Shown here: positions 61,981 to 64,000 of the stretch, one piece after another | Layout of the letters: each line of letters opens with the position of its first letter | How positions within the stretch are numbered: the stretch's first letter is position 1 | Assembly (NCBI GenBank): GCA_946965045.2 | Contig: OX337240.1 | Span: forward strand, 744,001-808,000 | Source: Epithemia pelagica | Taxonomy: Eukaryota > Protista > Bacillariophyta | Direction: 5' to 3' | DNA: 64,000 bases | Notes under the pieces: model-generated | What the model was told of the DNA's origin: nothing | What the model saw: the letters and a program-made list of their open reading frames with translations, nothing else | Database searches by the model: none | Position numbers and translations under genes: made by a program

Positions 61981-64000
61981 TTAGTCCGTTCGACGAAGAA
62001 TCCCACTAATGGATTTTCGTCGTTTGGTCCCCTCCACGGCCGCTGTCTTGGGCGATAGCTGTGGTGTGGGACTACTACTCTCGTCCGGATCGTTCTTGTT
62101 GTTGTTGTGGAGGAGAAGATCTTGTCGGGCCGTTTCCAATTGGGGAATCGCCTTGAGGAGGGTCGGATTGAAAATGCGGGCCAAATCAAAGGGCGATTGT
62201 CCTGCGGTATTGCGCAAAAATATCGCTTCCGGAAAGCGTTCGGCCAAGAGTTTGACGACACGGACACTGGATTGCGATTGGGCACAGGCCATGTGCAAGG
62301 GTGTATCTCCCGCGACCGTGGCCGCCTCCAAGGACTTTTTCGTACGACTATTGGCCGCAGAGGCCCGAATGAGAGAGTGGCAAATGGTTTCCGATCGTTC
62401 TTGTTGCAAGGCCAAATGCAGGGGTAGGTAATTGCCATGGGAGGCAAGTTCCACCGCCTGGGGGTACACATCAATCAGTGACTGGACCATGGAACTGGAC
62501 ACGCTGGAATTGCAAATGGCCACGGCCAAGGGCGTTCGTCCTTGAGAATCTTGCGCGGCACAGGCGTGGGGGCCACACAACGCCAAGGCTTGGACCATGT
62601 CATGGGAACAAGGTTTTTGCGCACAGGCCATGTGCAAGGGTGTCACTCGTTCCGTCTGGGTGGACAACACACTGGCTTGGTGCATCCCTCGTGGCGATTT
62701 TTTGCGCCACACGTGGACCAAGCGTTCGGCGGCGGCCCCCAGTTTGGCACAATAATGCAAAGGCGACCAGTGTTGGTAATTCTGCAACAAGAGGGCACAG
62801 GTTGGGACCGTTGGGCTGCTACTATTGCTATTGCTGGTTGAGGAATCGATTCGAACACGGGTCGAAGGACTCGAACGTTTTCTTCCTTCCCGGGCGTTGC
62901 TGCTCCCCGAGTGCCACTCGGAGGTGGATTTGGACAACAATTCGGCCAGTTTGGCCGTATTGCGGTCGAGATAATACTTTGGCTGGTTCGAACCTGACGA
63001 CGACGAATGACCCATGGACCGTCGCGTTTTCTTGGGTTCCTTGTTCTTCTTCTTCTTCTTCTTCTTGTCGTGCGTCCGAATGCTTTTGGAAATGCGGGAC
63101 AAGAGCAAATGGAGGGGTGCATCGCCCGTGTCGTAGCTTTGCGCGACCAGGGCTTGCGGGTAGGCCGCAATCAAGTCGTGGCAAAAGGTCCAGGGAATGA
63201 GGCTCGGATGCACGGCGACATAGTGCAAGGGATACCACCCACGGACATCGGGCAAGGCCGCGGCATGTCGCAAGTGCTGCAACAATTGCACCAAGACGAG
63301 TTCATGGGCGCCCCGAGCAATGGCGCCATGCAACAGGGTCAGACCGCGTCGATTGGCGTGCACGGCGACGGATCGCGGAACGCGCTGCAAACATTGGCCC
63401 AGGACGTCGTGGGCGGCCAATTCGGCCGCCATGCAGGTTTCCGTACTCCGATGCTTGTATTTGGCCTTGCTCAAACCGGGACTGGCCACCAACAAATGCA
63501 AGGGCGTGTCCCCAAAGTGATTGGTCCGTTCCAACAAGTGCGGCGCCAACACGACGAGTTGTTGGAGAATGGAAAACTCCAAGACGGAAAACGAGTGAGG
63601 CGTCGTGGTGGTGGTTGTCGTGGATGGTACTTCGTGAATGGATTCCGCCGCTTCGGAGGGATGGGAGGATTCTGATTCATCAATGGGAATCAAGGCAGGC
63701 ATGGTCACACCACCATGACTGTGCGAATGTCGTCGTTTGGCTTTCGATTTGGACGACGACTTGGTGCAGGACGGAGTGGACTTTTCCGGGCGCTTGCTGC
63801 TGGAAGATGGAGGACGACTTTTGACACGACTTTGACGTTTGGCACCGTGTTTGCTGCTGCTGCTGCGGCGGCGGGGACTTTCACAACTCGAACTCCGCTT
63901 GTCCCCACGGGCGGGCGACTGGCTGTGGGGACGACTCCGACTCTTGTCACGAGGATACCGACGACTGGGTGGCCGAGACCGGGATCGTCGGGAGGACGAC
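61981..64000 (-). CDS. Ankyrin-repeat protein with an Arg/Ser-rich N-terminal region, 5'-partial
   Basis: Repeated GDTPLH/TPLH/LPLH motifs. The frame stays open from 63708 to the window edge (SSSRRSRSRPPSRR...). Confidence 0.85.
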   Translation of the reverse strand, partial: SSSRRSRSRPPSRRYPRDKSRSRPHSQSPARGDKRSSSCESPRRRSSSSKHGAKRQSRVKSRPPSSSSKRPEKSTPSCTKSSSKSKAKRRHSHSHGGVTMPALIPIDESESSHPSEAAESIHEVPSTTTTTTTPHSFSVLEFSILQQLVVLAPHLLERTNHFGDTPLHLLVASPGLSKAKYKHRSTETCMAAELAAHDVLGQCLQRVPRSVAVHANRRGLTLLHGAIARGAHELVLVQLLQHLRHAAALPDVRGWYPLHYVAVHPSLIPWTFCHDLIAAYPQALVAQSYDTGDAPLHLLLSRISKSIRTHDKKKKKKKNKEPKKTRRSMGHSSSSGSNQPKYYLDRNTAKLAELLSKSTSEWHSGSSNAREGRKRSSPSTRVRIDSSTSNSNSSSPTVPTCALLLQNYQHWSPLHYCAKLGAAAERLVHVWRKKSPRGMHQASVLSTQTERVTPLHMACAQKPCSHDMVQALALCGPHACAAQDSQGRTPLAVAICNSSVSSSMVQSLIDVYPQAVELASHGNYLPLHLALQQERSETICHSLIRASAANSRTKKSLEAATVAGDTPLHMACAQSQSSVRVVKLLAERFPEAIFLRNTAGQSPFDLARIFNPTLLKAIPQLETARQDLLLHNNNKNDPDESSSPTPQLSPKTAAVEGTKRRKSISGILRRTD

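Noticed and set aside
1-64000. CRISPR arrays, rRNA genes, intact tRNA genes, prokaryotic operons or defence systems
   Set aside because: None seen; spliceosomal introns and the gene content show a eukaryotic nuclear locus.

Overview
This is a gene-dense eukaryotic nuclear window, most likely from a pennate diatom (short GT-AG introns, bipartite plastid presequences, CoDi-like Ty1/copia elements). It holds about 22 host genes: a TKL kinase, FNR, bZIP, a TIGR01777 epimerase, a GGQ rescue-factor fusion, patatin, a 2OG oxygenase-ankyrin protein, a sulfotransferase-like protein, an SDR-glyoxalase fusion, two tandem selenocysteine glutathione peroxidases with SECIS elements, AFG1, GH2, an eIF4A with a nonsense codon, V-ATPase H, BUD32, RPL27A, a kinase-MIB/HERC2-PARP-like-RING fusion, LPAT and an ankyrin protein. 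It also holds five transposons: two young full-length Ty1/copia elements (17549-25059, 52600-60006), an intact PIF/Harbinger (12676-15680) and two MITEs. The most striking observation concerns the two copia elements, which have unrelated LTRs and Gag proteins. Both keep gag and pol in the same frame separated by a TGA, in a context identical at 16 of 18 nt (ATTYCTCC-TGA-TGGRGTG) and followed by a hairpin, which suggests a shared programmed UGA read-through signal. All domain calls are from motif recognition by eye; no searches were run.
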